NCBI GenBank assembly: GCA_036170915.1
Contig: JAVHQC010000022.1
Coordinates: forward strand, 32,001 to 96,000
Length of the DNA: 64,000 nt
Origin: Cyanobacteria bacterium auto_48_18
GTDB lineage: Bacteria; Cyanobacteriota; Vampirovibrionia; Obscuribacterales; Obscuribacteraceae
Direction: 5' to 3'
This document shows, in pieces, positions 26,959-36,199 of the stretch. How positions within the stretch are numbered: the stretch's first letter is position 1; every line of letters starts with the position of its first letter. A model generated the notes under the pieces. That model saw nothing but the letters and a program-made list of their open reading frames with translations, did not search any database and had not been told where the DNA came from. A program made the translations under genes and the position numbers.

Positions 26959-27260
26959 TCAGAGTGCTTCCTGCAGTTGCTGCTGAAATTGTTTTCTCGT
27001 CATAAAGGCAAATTTATATTTGTCAGCTTCGCGTGAGCTGAGTAAGAAAACGAAGCGTCAAAGATTGATGCTTATATTCAAAGAGCTTCAATAAGCAAAT
27101 TATTCTTGCTAGTTTGAGGCATATCTATTTCTCTATTCACCCGAACAAAACAAACAGCAAGAAAGCCATTCAAGCCCAGCCAAGCACTATTAAGCCAAAC
27201 CAGCGGTTCGGTGGTCTTGTCTTACTTTCTAAGCCTAGTAGCAAATTAGCAAAACCAGCT

Positions 27261-27698
27261 ATGAACGAACAACCTAAGAACTCTGGTGGCATGGCCGTCG
27301 CTACAGTTCAAAATCAAACTGGCTCGTTGACCGCAGCGAGTCGTTTCATCCTCAAACTTTTGGCAGGTGTTTGGTCACTGGCGCAATTGAACAGAGAAAA
27401 ACAAAGCGCCTTACAAAATTGGCATCGTGCCTGCGCGCTTACTGATGTGGCCCTTGCTAACAGATGCCGTGCGCAGTGGAAGCTTGAGCAATTCGACCTC
27501 AGGTTAAAAGCGTTAGAACCTACCTATCGCAGTCGGTACCAATTGCCTCTCCACTCGCGTCGCCGCAAACTCGAAAATGCCTATAACCTGGCCAGGCATA
27601 ATTTCGACGGTCTTAACCGCCAGGAAGAGCGCTTTATCAAGCGACTAATTACTCTGGAGCGACTGAAGTCAGCTCTTGCAATGAACAAAACCAAATAA
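27261..27698 (+). CDS. basic coiled-coil hypothetical protein (start uncertain)
   Basis: ATG at 27261 after an A-rich leader; Arg/Leu-rich. Confidence 0.55.
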   Translation: MNEQPKNSGGMAVATVQNQTGSLTAASRFILKLLAGVWSLAQLNREKQSALQNWHRACALTDVALANRCRAQWKLEQFDLRLKALEPTYRSRYQLPLHSRRRKLENAYNLARHNFDGLNRQEERFIKRLITLERLKSALAMNKTK

Positions 27699-27708
27699 TC
27701 CTGACAGT

Positions 27709-27915
27709 ATGCATCACCACAGAACACTTGCTTTGTATGGAATCGAGCACGATTTAAATGAGCTGAACGACGAGCCCGATCACAACGACAATCTGAAATC
27801 AGATGAAGAAGATGATCGCGGACCAATCGATGAAAGCAGGTCTTCTAGAAAGGCGTTGTCTCTTCCCAGGGGGAATAGCGGCGACGATGAAGGATTCTGG
27901 TTTCCTCGCAGATAA
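27709..27915 (+). CDS. small acidic hypothetical protein
   Basis: 68-aa ORF followed directly by a terminator. Confidence 0.5.
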   Translation: MHHHRTLALYGIEHDLNELNDEPDHNDNLKSDEEDDRGPIDESRSSRKALSLPRGNSGDDEGFWFPRR

Positions 27916-27920
27916 ATAAG

Positions 27921-27953
27921 AAAAGGGGGCACCAATAAAGGTGCTCTCTTTTT
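27921..27953 (+). terminator. intrinsic terminator
   Basis: AAAAGGGGGCACC-AATAAA-GGTGCTCTCTTTTT. Confidence 0.7.
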
Positions 27954-28099
27954 CTGCTACTTCCTTTGCGCACTCAAATATTTCTCAAAAAAAATCTTAT
28001 AACTATAAAGTGTAATACACCTGTTAACAACTTCAAAACATCTTGGGCAACCGCTGGCATTACAGTGACTGAGAAGCCTCCGACGATCAGGTTGAAAAC

Positions 28100-29659
28100 A
28101 TGAATGTGCTGATTAATATTGACGCCGGTCTGGCAAAACCTATTTACAGACAAATTGTCGACGAACTGAAGAGCGCCATTCTCGAAGGTTATCTCCAGCC
28201 AGGCGAGAAATTGCCTTCAACTAGAGATCTGGGTAAGACCCTGGGAATATCCCGTTTTACGGTCATGCGCAGCTACGAAGATCTGGCGAGCGCAGGCTAC
28301 GTCACCATCGCCACCGGTAGCGGTGCCTTTGTTCATTCAGACCTGCATTTCGCTCGACAAAAGCAAGGCTCCAGCGAAAGCGAAAGAGAAGTTGAAGTTA
28401 AACTTGATGGCTTTGAGAAGACCGCCGCCACTTCACGTTTTGCCCGCCAGATAATCAGGGCCGCGCAAATCGAGGCTTCAACCGGCCCCTGCTATGAACG
28501 GCTAAAAGTTGGTGTGCCAGACTCAGAGCTTTTGCCCGTTGGCCGATGGAAAGAAGTGCTCTACAGCTCCATACGCGAGGTGCAAACCACATCACCGCAA
28601 GAATACTATGACGGTTGCGGGCGATTTGAATTGCGCGAAGCAATTGTTGATTATCTCCGTCGCACCCGCCGTGTGCGCTGTGGGCCAGAGAGGCTGTTGA
28701 TATTTTCTGGTCATCAGAGTGCATTCGATTTTGTCTTGCGTCTGCTCGTTGATGCCGGTGACCAGTGCGCCATTGAGAGCCCAGGAGCGCCTGATTTCTA
28801 CCGAGCTATGCTGGCCGCCGGGGCTACTGTGCATCCTGTGGCTGTTGATGCCAGCGGCCTTAGTGTCGACCGCTTAAGCGACATCGCCGCCGATTTGAAG
28901 TTGATTTTCGTCAGCCCATCGCATCAAGAGCCGACTGGTATCACCATGACGGCCTCAAGGCGCCAGGAGCTACTGGCCGCCGCTGAGAGCCGCAATGCTT
29001 ATGTTATTGAAAACGACCTTGGTCACGAATTTCGTTATGGCATCAAAGCGCAATCATCGCTGCAAGGGTTAGACAACCACGACCGGGTAGTCTATATCGG
29101 ATCAGTTGCTCAGGTCTTGAACCCCCTTTCGCAACTGGCTTATGTGGTGCTGCCGCAGCATCTCGTTGAGGTGGGCTTGCAATTGAAGACGTTGCTCGAG
29201 CCGTCTTATTCTCCACTCGAACAAATAGCTCTAGCGAGATTTATGCAAGCGGGGCATTTTGAAAGACACATCAAACGCAGCACTGAAGTTTATGCTGAGC
29301 GAAGAGCCTGCCTGGTGCATGCCTTAACTGCTGGCTTGGGCCCAAAAATCAGTCGCATTGTCTCTACCAGCGGCAGTACCTTGAACGTCACTTTCCATCA
29401 AGCAATCAATAGCCAGAAAATTATGGAAGCCGCGCAAAATCATGGTGTGCCCATGATTTGTATGGCCGATTACCATTTGGCCTCTCACTGCGAGAACCAA
29501 TTTATTATGACTTTTGGCAATCTTGCCCCGCAGCAGATTGTTGATACCGTCAGTGCAATGGCCCGGCAGATTAATGCCGATTTCATGGTCAAAATGCCAG
29601 AACCTGTCGCCACACCGGCTTTGCACTCTCTGTCGCAAACCAGAGCGTTATCGTTTTAG
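28100..29659 (+). CDS. MocR/GabR-family GntR regulator with aminotransferase-like domain
   Basis: PGEKLPSTRDLGKTLGISRFTV wHTH; PSHQEPTG; GHFERHI; PLP-Lys position reads Gln. Confidence 0.93.
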   Translation: MNVLINIDAGLAKPIYRQIVDELKSAILEGYLQPGEKLPSTRDLGKTLGISRFTVMRSYEDLASAGYVTIATGSGAFVHSDLHFARQKQGSSESEREVEVKLDGFEKTAATSRFARQIIRAAQIEASTGPCYERLKVGVPDSELLPVGRWKEVLYSSIREVQTTSPQEYYDGCGRFELREAIVDYLRRTRRVRCGPERLLIFSGHQSAFDFVLRLLVDAGDQCAIESPGAPDFYRAMLAAGATVHPVAVDASGLSVDRLSDIAADLKLIFVSPSHQEPTGITMTASRRQELLAAAESRNAYVIENDLGHEFRYGIKAQSSLQGLDNHDRVVYIGSVAQVLNPLSQLAYVVLPQHLVEVGLQLKTLLEPSYSPLEQIALARFMQAGHFERHIKRSTEVYAERRACLVHALTAGLGPKISRIVSTSGSTLNVTFHQAINSQKIMEAAQNHGVPMICMADYHLASHCENQFIMTFGNLAPQQIVDTVSAMARQINADFMVKMPEPVATPALHSLSQTRALSF

Positions 29660-29766
29660 TTTTCTAGACGACACCCCTTCCATCTAATGTTTCTACTTTT
29701 GCTCTAGCTGAACAATGTGATATACAAAGATCATGGCTCAGATTTTGCATACTAGGAAACACTTAA

Positions 29767-31107
29767 ATGAAACGAGAATCAGTGGACACCCTGGTGAAAT
29801 TTCTCAAACTCCAGGAGAACTTGCACGGCGCTGAAAGTACTCAAGTTGGCAAAGTACTGGCCCGGCTTGCGGCAGTGCATGTAGAGAACCAAAACTACGC
29901 TGACGCTGAGCCGCTCTTGCAGCGAGCTCTGCGTATTGAAGAAAAGAGCGCCTCGCCAGACCCTGCTTTTCTTAGCGATATTGCTAAACAAATCAATCGC
30001 CTTGATTTTGAGCAAGAGAACCATGTGGGCGAAACTCTAGAAAGCCTCAAGGTCAGTACCGATCGCATTCCTGCTTTTTCGCCAATGTTTGAGCCCTTAA
30101 CAGGTCACGAACGTACTGAGCTGAATGAAAACACACTGCCGGGAGTTACTCATGGTCGTGTTGATCCGCTAGAGAATGCCATTAAAGACTGGCAGCTGCA
30201 GATTCGCCGCATTAAGCAAAACAGCGGCAACGAAAGCACCGCCGTAGCTGACGCTTTGACCAAGCTGGCAGATTTATACTGCCGTCGCGAGCAGTTAAAT
30301 GAAATGGAGCCACTCTTGATTGAGGCCCTGCGCATTCGCGAAAGTATTTGCGGTATCACCCATCTTTCTGTTTCTACAGACCTAAAAAATCTGGGCCGAC
30401 TCTATTATTTCAAGCAACGATTTGATCTGGCCGAGCCTTTGCTCAAAAGAGCCATGAGTATTCGAGAAGCGGCGCTTGGACCTTATCATTCTTATGTTGC
30501 CGACGTGGCCGAATGGTATTCACGGCTATTGAAGAAAACCAATCGACTCGATGAAGCAGCAGCTATGGACGCTCTGGTTGCCGAAAGCCGCACCAAATAT
30601 GGTAGCGACTGGGAGAAGTTCAGAGCTGCTGGTACTAAAGCCGTTGAAGCTGGTAATTTGCTCGAAGCTCAGGCCATGTGGCTGGCAGCTTTAGATGAAA
30701 GCGCTGATTTCAGATTTGACGACCCGCGACTTAGCACAACATTAGAATGTCTGGCAGAAATTTACTGGACGCGCGGAAAATATGACAAAGCCGAGCCACT
30801 GTGCAAACAGATTTTGCAAATTTCAGAGACGTTGCTAGGCTCAGAACATACTGACGTGGCGCTGGCTGCAAATAATTTGGCTTTGCTTTGTGAGCGTCAG
30901 GGTAAACATGCTGAAGCGGCAATTTTGTATCAACAAGCTCTCGCAATTGGCGAGAAATTTTTAGGCCGCGATCATCCAGACGTGGTCAATATACGCGAAA
31001 GTCATAGTAAAGCGCGGCATATGGCACAGAAACAAATCGAGCAGAAGCTTCAAGGTCGGTGGAATCGATCTGGCTGGTGGAAGGCCTATCAGAGCGAAGA
31101 GCGATAA
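29767..31107 (+). CDS. kinesin-light-chain-type TPR protein
   Basis: AEPLLKRAMSIREAALGP, NNLALL...AAILYQQALAIGEKFLGRDHPDV. Confidence 0.9.
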   Translation: MKRESVDTLVKFLKLQENLHGAESTQVGKVLARLAAVHVENQNYADAEPLLQRALRIEEKSASPDPAFLSDIAKQINRLDFEQENHVGETLESLKVSTDRIPAFSPMFEPLTGHERTELNENTLPGVTHGRVDPLENAIKDWQLQIRRIKQNSGNESTAVADALTKLADLYCRREQLNEMEPLLIEALRIRESICGITHLSVSTDLKNLGRLYYFKQRFDLAEPLLKRAMSIREAALGPYHSYVADVAEWYSRLLKKTNRLDEAAAMDALVAESRTKYGSDWEKFRAAGTKAVEAGNLLEAQAMWLAALDESADFRFDDPRLSTTLECLAEIYWTRGKYDKAEPLCKQILQISETLLGSEHTDVALAANNLALLCERQGKHAEAAILYQQALAIGEKFLGRDHPDVVNIRESHSKARHMAQKQIEQKLQGRWNRSGWWKAYQSEER

Positions 31108-31128
31108 CAAAAATAAGCAGGTACGATC

Positions 31129-32697
31129 ATGGCCAATTTGAGTGCAGTTCAAATTAAGGGCGGGATACTTTGTCCCACACAGCAAGACGCTTTCAATAGC
31201 TTGTTAGAGGCGTTGCCTGTCGGTAATGTGTTTGTAGTCTGGTCTGGCGCAGGCATGGGAAGGACCACCATGCTTCAAGAACTGCATCGCGTTAAGGGCG
31301 GTGAATTTCTTCAAATGCGAGACTATATCGATGAGCTAAGACTACAAAATCCCCTTTCAATGGAAGAAGCTCTTGATCAGATTGTAATGCGATCATTGCA
31401 GCGCAACGATCTCGTGATCATGGACGATCTTGATCTGGTCTATGACGTAATTTGTGGATGCGGTTACAACTCTGTTTATCCACGCTCCAAATACGTGGAA
31501 GCAATTTTGACCAATATAGCCGACCACGTTATTGCTCAAGGCAAGAAGATTGTTTTCGGCAATAAAGGCACGGCCGCTAATCCAATCTCTAACCGCTGTT
31601 TCTATGCTGGTTTTCAGCGTTTTGAAGTTGCAGATTATGAGTTCATTTGTCAGTCTTATTTGGAAGAAAAGGCTAAGCAGCTAGATTTCAAAAAGATATT
31701 CCGGTTTGCGCCGAAATTGCATGCTCATCAGTTAAAGAGCGCCAGTGTCTGGTTGCGCCATGATGAAGGCTTAGATACTGAAAAATTTATTGAGTATTTG
31801 CGCAAACGCAAAATGGCCAGCAATGTAGATTTAGAAGAAGTGGAAGCTGTAGAACTACATTCATTGAAAGGACTCGATGCCCTGATTGAAAGTTTAGAAG
31901 CAAACATAATTGTGCCACTTGAGCGCGACGATCTGGCAGGCGAATTTGATATCCAACCAAAGCGCGGTGTGCTGCTAGCCGGGCCTCCTGGTACAGGCAA
32001 AACCACAGTTGGTCGAGCCCTTGCTCATCGTCTAAGAAGTAAATTTTTCTTGATCGACGGGACTTTTATTTCAGGTAGCCGTGACTTTTATCAAAAGATT
32101 GAACGGGTATTCGAAGCTGCGAAAAGCAATGCTCCGTCAATCATATTTATCGACGAAAGTGATGTGATCTTTGAAAATAAAGATGACTTTGGTTTATATC
32201 GCTACTTGCTTACAGCCCTGGATGGTCTCGAGAGCGAGAGCAATAAAAGGGTTTGCATCATGATGACGACCATGGATGTGAGTAGCGTTCCCGCCGCACT
32301 TGTACGTTCTGGGCGCATTGAATTGTGGCTTGAGACCAGTTTACCCGACGTGAAGGCACGGCTTGAAATTCTAAGTGACCATGCTTCAAAACTCCCTCCC
32401 CAGTTGCGTGGTGTTGATGTCGATCACCTTGCCGCGCAAACCGACGGATTGACTGGTGCCGACCTGCGACGCCTTATTCAAGACGGAAAAATTCTTTATG
32501 CCTATGATTTGTCGCGCAATCGGCCGACAGAAAACATTGTCAATTATTTTGAGCAGGCCATCGAGACAATTAGAAGCAACAAAGAAAAATATCTCGAAGC
32601 CGAGGCGAAGAGCCGCACTAAGAATATGACCGCCGACCCATTTGCCTTCTTGCGCCAGTATCAAGGGCCCGATTCTGAGGAAGACACCCCATCTTAA
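31129..32697 (+). CDS. AAA+ ATPase with degenerate N-terminal and intact C-terminal AAA module
   Basis: GPPGTGKT, IIFIDESD, ALVRSGRIE; first P-loop is GAGMGRTT. Confidence 0.92.
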   Translation: MANLSAVQIKGGILCPTQQDAFNSLLEALPVGNVFVVWSGAGMGRTTMLQELHRVKGGEFLQMRDYIDELRLQNPLSMEEALDQIVMRSLQRNDLVIMDDLDLVYDVICGCGYNSVYPRSKYVEAILTNIADHVIAQGKKIVFGNKGTAANPISNRCFYAGFQRFEVADYEFICQSYLEEKAKQLDFKKIFRFAPKLHAHQLKSASVWLRHDEGLDTEKFIEYLRKRKMASNVDLEEVEAVELHSLKGLDALIESLEANIIVPLERDDLAGEFDIQPKRGVLLAGPPGTGKTTVGRALAHRLRSKFFLIDGTFISGSRDFYQKIERVFEAAKSNAPSIIFIDESDVIFENKDDFGLYRYLLTALDGLESESNKRVCIMMTTMDVSSVPAALVRSGRIELWLETSLPDVKARLEILSDHASKLPPQLRGVDVDHLAAQTDGLTGADLRRLIQDGKILYAYDLSRNRPTENIVNYFEQAIETIRSNKEKYLEAEAKSRTKNMTADPFAFLRQYQGPDSEEDTPS

Positions 32698-32698
32698 A

Positions 32699-32987
32699 AC
32701 CCAACGCTCTTATTTCACAGCTTTGACTGTGAGCTTTTCAAAGCTCACACTTCCAGTCTCGCCGTCGGCGCTCTTATCGAGCACCAGCGCCAGGTAGGCG
32801 GTGCGGCCACGAACAAGTTCAAGCTTGAGGTGAGTTTTGTTTTCCTTGAGAGCAAATTGTTGGCTCACCACCTGGTGCCCTTCTGCATCTAATTGCACGC
32901 ATTCTACAGCCAGTGCGATAGGTACACCCTCTTTAACCACATCACCCTCAAGCACAAAAGTATCCGGCAGTTCGTCGCTGTAAAGCA
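32699..32987 (-). pseudogene. orphan duplicate of the 3' end of CDS 33868-36120
   Basis: 289-bp direct repeat of 33857-34145, 24 mismatches by hand alignment; no proper start. Confidence 0.85.
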
Positions 32988-33012
32988 GACGAAGAGAGGT
33001 AGAAGTAATAAC

Positions 33013-33834
33013 TTACTTCAATCTGTTTGCTGCAGATGTGTCATTAAGAATGTCTATCAACGGCTTATAGCCTTCTGGCCATGAGGCCGGTTGGAAAAAC
33101 TCGAACCCTAAAAAATTCTTTGCAGCATTCCTGATTTTCTCAAATTCTTCTTCATGCTGAAGGCTATCGTCAATAAACTCAGTTAGCTGAAGCATCACTA
33201 GATCGTCATGTAACCACTTCACACTGTGAATCGGACAGTTGCTGAGTTTTTCGGTGCCGATAGCGTCAATATACTCCCGAGACAGCCAGGTACGCCAATA
33301 AAGATTTGGAATGCCGAGTTTTAGATGCTTGGTGTGGATCGAAACAGAGGGAAACTTATCATTGATTCCGCAACTAGAAACAGTGTCAATTTTGCTTTCC
33401 CTGTCGCGCTCTTTTTCCAGATTATTAGCCATATGCACATATGAAAAGTGAGCACCAATTTCAGCTGCTGCTTGGTCAGTAAACTTCAGTATTTCAGATT
33501 CTAGCCCCTCTACGTATTCTGCTGAAAATAATAAACTTGAATAGCGCCCGCTGATTGGGTAAGGTTCTTCAAGAAGACAACTAGCGTCAATCCACGGTGC
33601 TTTTGTACGCTTAAAGTGAACGATCTGCTCCCAGCACTCTTTCATTGTCTCTAGATTTTGATAAGTTAAGGGCCGTCGAATAGGCTCGGTTATATCAAAT
33701 CGATTTGGAAAATAAGTGGGAGCCAGAGCGTTCCACAATCCAAATAGTTTTTGCACATTGTGCCAGTCAATGAGTGAATTTTTCGACAATAAACCAACTG
33801 AAAAATGAGGAGTATCTGGTGGCATAATTGTCAA
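33013..33834 (-). CDS. hypothetical protein resembling polymorphic-toxin immunity proteins
   Basis: GIPNLYWRTWLSREYIDAIGTEKL..P...LVMLQLTE motif; lies between the duplicated segments. Confidence 0.65.
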   Translation of the reverse strand: MTIMPPDTPHFSVGLLSKNSLIDWHNVQKLFGLWNALAPTYFPNRFDITEPIRRPLTYQNLETMKECWEQIVHFKRTKAPWIDASCLLEEPYPISGRYSSLLFSAEYVEGLESEILKFTDQAAAEIGAHFSYVHMANNLEKERDRESKIDTVSSCGINDKFPSVSIHTKHLKLGIPNLYWRTWLSREYIDAIGTEKLSNCPIHSVKWLHDDLVMLQLTEFIDDSLQHEEEFEKIRNAAKNFLGFEFFQPASWPEGYKPLIDILNDTSAANRLK

Positions 33835-33867
33835 CCTCGATAAGTATTAGTTGAAGACCCAACGCTC

Positions 33868-36120
33868 TTATTTCACAGCTTTGACTGTTAGTTTTTCAAA
33901 GCTAACATTACCAGTTTCGCCGTCGGCGCTCTTATCGAGAACCAACGCCAGGTAGGCGGTGCGGCCACGAACAAGTTCAAGCTTGAGATGAGTTTTGTTT
34001 TCTTTTAGAGCAAATTGTTGGCTCACTATCTGGTGCCCTTCTGCATCTAATTGCACGCATTCTACAGCCAGCGATATAGGCACACCCTCTTTAACCACAT
34101 CACCTTCGAGAATAAAAGCATCAGGCAGCTCGTCGCTGTAAAGCAAATAGCGTCTCTCCCCTTCCAAGCATTTTTCGCGTGGTGCGTCTAGTTTAAAATT
34201 GAAATGAGAACGCTTTAGGTCATAGCAAATTTCGCTCAGCGCCCCGGTGGTAATCCACGCAGGTTGGCTGCCCGGGCGATCTTTGACAAACTGGCGCATT
34301 TTTCCTAAAGTCAGCGCCGCGTCTTTCAGGCTCGTTGGTCGCACGCGCTCGTAGACCGTGGCTTTGACTTCACCGTCTAAAATTTGAGGGGCGATGTTCT
34401 TGCTCACGGCAAAGTCTTGTGCCAGCGGCCAGCCTTCTTTAAAGCAACTCAAAACCGCTGTTAAAATGTCTTGCTCTTTAGCCGGAATGAAGAATTGCGA
34501 TTTATCTGGCACCACCACATATGATGCCCCCAGTAAACGCTCGAGAGCATACGAATCTTTTGAGTCGACGCACGGCAGCTCTGCCCAGGCAATAGTGTCG
34601 CCATATTTGCCGTAAAGTTCGCGCTCGGCATTGCGTAAGACTCCATCGCTGAGAATGTTGCTAAAAGCAGCCACATAAACCAGCCCTCGCTTGTCTATTT
34701 GCTTGGCCATCTTCATGCGTGCTGGTAGGCTCGGGTCTTGATTAGCGGCAATGGCTGAGCGCATATCAGTGACCAGGCTGTGCAGCGCGCCGCGGTCAGA
34801 ATATTGCCAGGGGCCATAGTTGGCTGAGAACAACGCTCCCAGTGGCTCGCCTTCTACTTCGACAAATGAAAGCATGCCGGGCATAAACTGTTTAATGGCA
34901 AACTTCTGTGCCACCGCTGGTGGCATCAGGCTGAACGCTAGATTTACTGCTCCAAAGCTCAGCAAAGCAATTGCGGTGGCAACTCGTGTGAAGTTGATTG
35001 GTCCGCTGAGCACGGCTATTAGCCCGAATAAGCCCAGTGCCACCAGAGGCGTAAAATACAAGGTGTAGTGCGTACCCAGTTCGTTGGGTCCCATAATCCA
35101 GAAAATGCAGCCGGTGCAGTAGAGCATCAAGACAAATCTGAAATTGTCTCTTTGCCACAAATTGGCTCGCCAGGCCAATATAATTCCTGACAGAGAAGCG
35201 AGCCAGATCACAATGCCATAAGAAGATGTGAAATACGAGAGGGCGTGTAAAAGCGATACGTGATACGACTCGTAGAGGGCATGATAGTTGTGCCGGGTGA
35301 CATTAACCAAAAATGAAAAGCCCAGCGCAATGATGGTAACTGCACCGGCCATGCCGATTTGCAGTAAAGGAATAAATTTTGCTTTGAGACCCTTCACAGA
35401 TTTTACTGTCAGCCATTGATCCACCACGAGAGCTAACACAAAGGCAATGGCTTCATAGGCAAAATAGCGACGCAGAAGCACTGCCAGGGCGAGGAAAAAT
35501 CCAAGATAATAGTTGTATTTTTCAGAAGAAAGGTCGCGATTTTTGAAATATAAATGTATGCACCACAAGAGCGTCAAAGCCGCACTATAGTCTGGATAAC
35601 CTCGCAGAAGCGGTGCCCATAACGGGGGCAGGGCGAGGCAGGCGAAAGTGAAAATGAAAAACAACCACTTTTTCGATGATACTGCCGGTTGGAACATGCG
35701 CACGCCGAGGCTGGCGAGCAATGCCACAAAGGGAATAAAATAAGCTAGGGTGACGCTTTCGATAAAACCGGTGCGATTGTCACCCAGCACCACCATTAGT
35801 GGCGCCAGAGGAGCGGTGAAGAATAAGTTGTGCGTGAGCGTGGCTGAGCTCACCAGTAAAAGTGGATAAGTTATGGGGCTATCGAGCATGGCATTAAGCG
35901 AAATGCGTGTGGCCCATTCGTAATAATTGAAGTCAGACCAGTAGTAAGGCGCTTCATAAGCAACATAGGTGCGTACTATCCATAGAGCTAGTGCCATTGC
36001 CGACAAAACGGTTATTAGACAGTGAAAGTTTGAGCGGCGCGCGGAAGAACCTGTTGGCACCGGCACAGGCGCAGCAGGCTTTGATGATTGGTCTAAATTT
36101 GGCGGCTGGTCAGCTGTCAT
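33868..36120 (-). CDS. multi-TM GT-C-type (ArnT/PMT-like) glycosyltransferase with extracytoplasmic C-terminal domain
   Basis: About 12 TM; YYWSD after TM1; LRGYPD; LLRR. Confidence 0.75.
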   Translation of the reverse strand: MTADQPPNLDQSSKPAAPVPVPTGSSARRSNFHCLITVLSAMALALWIVRTYVAYEAPYYWSDFNYYEWATRISLNAMLDSPITYPLLLVSSATLTHNLFFTAPLAPLMVVLGDNRTGFIESVTLAYFIPFVALLASLGVRMFQPAVSSKKWLFFIFTFACLALPPLWAPLLRGYPDYSAALTLLWCIHLYFKNRDLSSEKYNYYLGFFLALAVLLRRYFAYEAIAFVLALVVDQWLTVKSVKGLKAKFIPLLQIGMAGAVTIIALGFSFLVNVTRHNYHALYESYHVSLLHALSYFTSSYGIVIWLASLSGIILAWRANLWQRDNFRFVLMLYCTGCIFWIMGPNELGTHYTLYFTPLVALGLFGLIAVLSGPINFTRVATAIALLSFGAVNLAFSLMPPAVAQKFAIKQFMPGMLSFVEVEGEPLGALFSANYGPWQYSDRGALHSLVTDMRSAIAANQDPSLPARMKMAKQIDKRGLVYVAAFSNILSDGVLRNAERELYGKYGDTIAWAELPCVDSKDSYALERLLGASYVVVPDKSQFFIPAKEQDILTAVLSCFKEGWPLAQDFAVSKNIAPQILDGEVKATVYERVRPTSLKDAALTLGKMRQFVKDRPGSQPAWITTGALSEICYDLKRSHFNFKLDAPREKCLEGERRYLLYSDELPDAFILEGDVVKEGVPISLAVECVQLDAEGHQIVSQQFALKENKTHLKLELVRGRTAYLALVLDKSADGETGNVSFEKLTVKAVK

Positions 36121-36199
36121 GATTTGTGGGTTGAAAAGCTCAATTACACTGAGGTCAAGACAATGCTAGCATGGTGATGATGTTCAACTAAGAGGTCTT

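Noticed and set aside
32699..34145. Diversity-generating retroelement template/variable repeat pair
   Set aside because: Mismatches are not confined to adenines on either strand and are mostly synonymous; no reverse transcriptase in the window.
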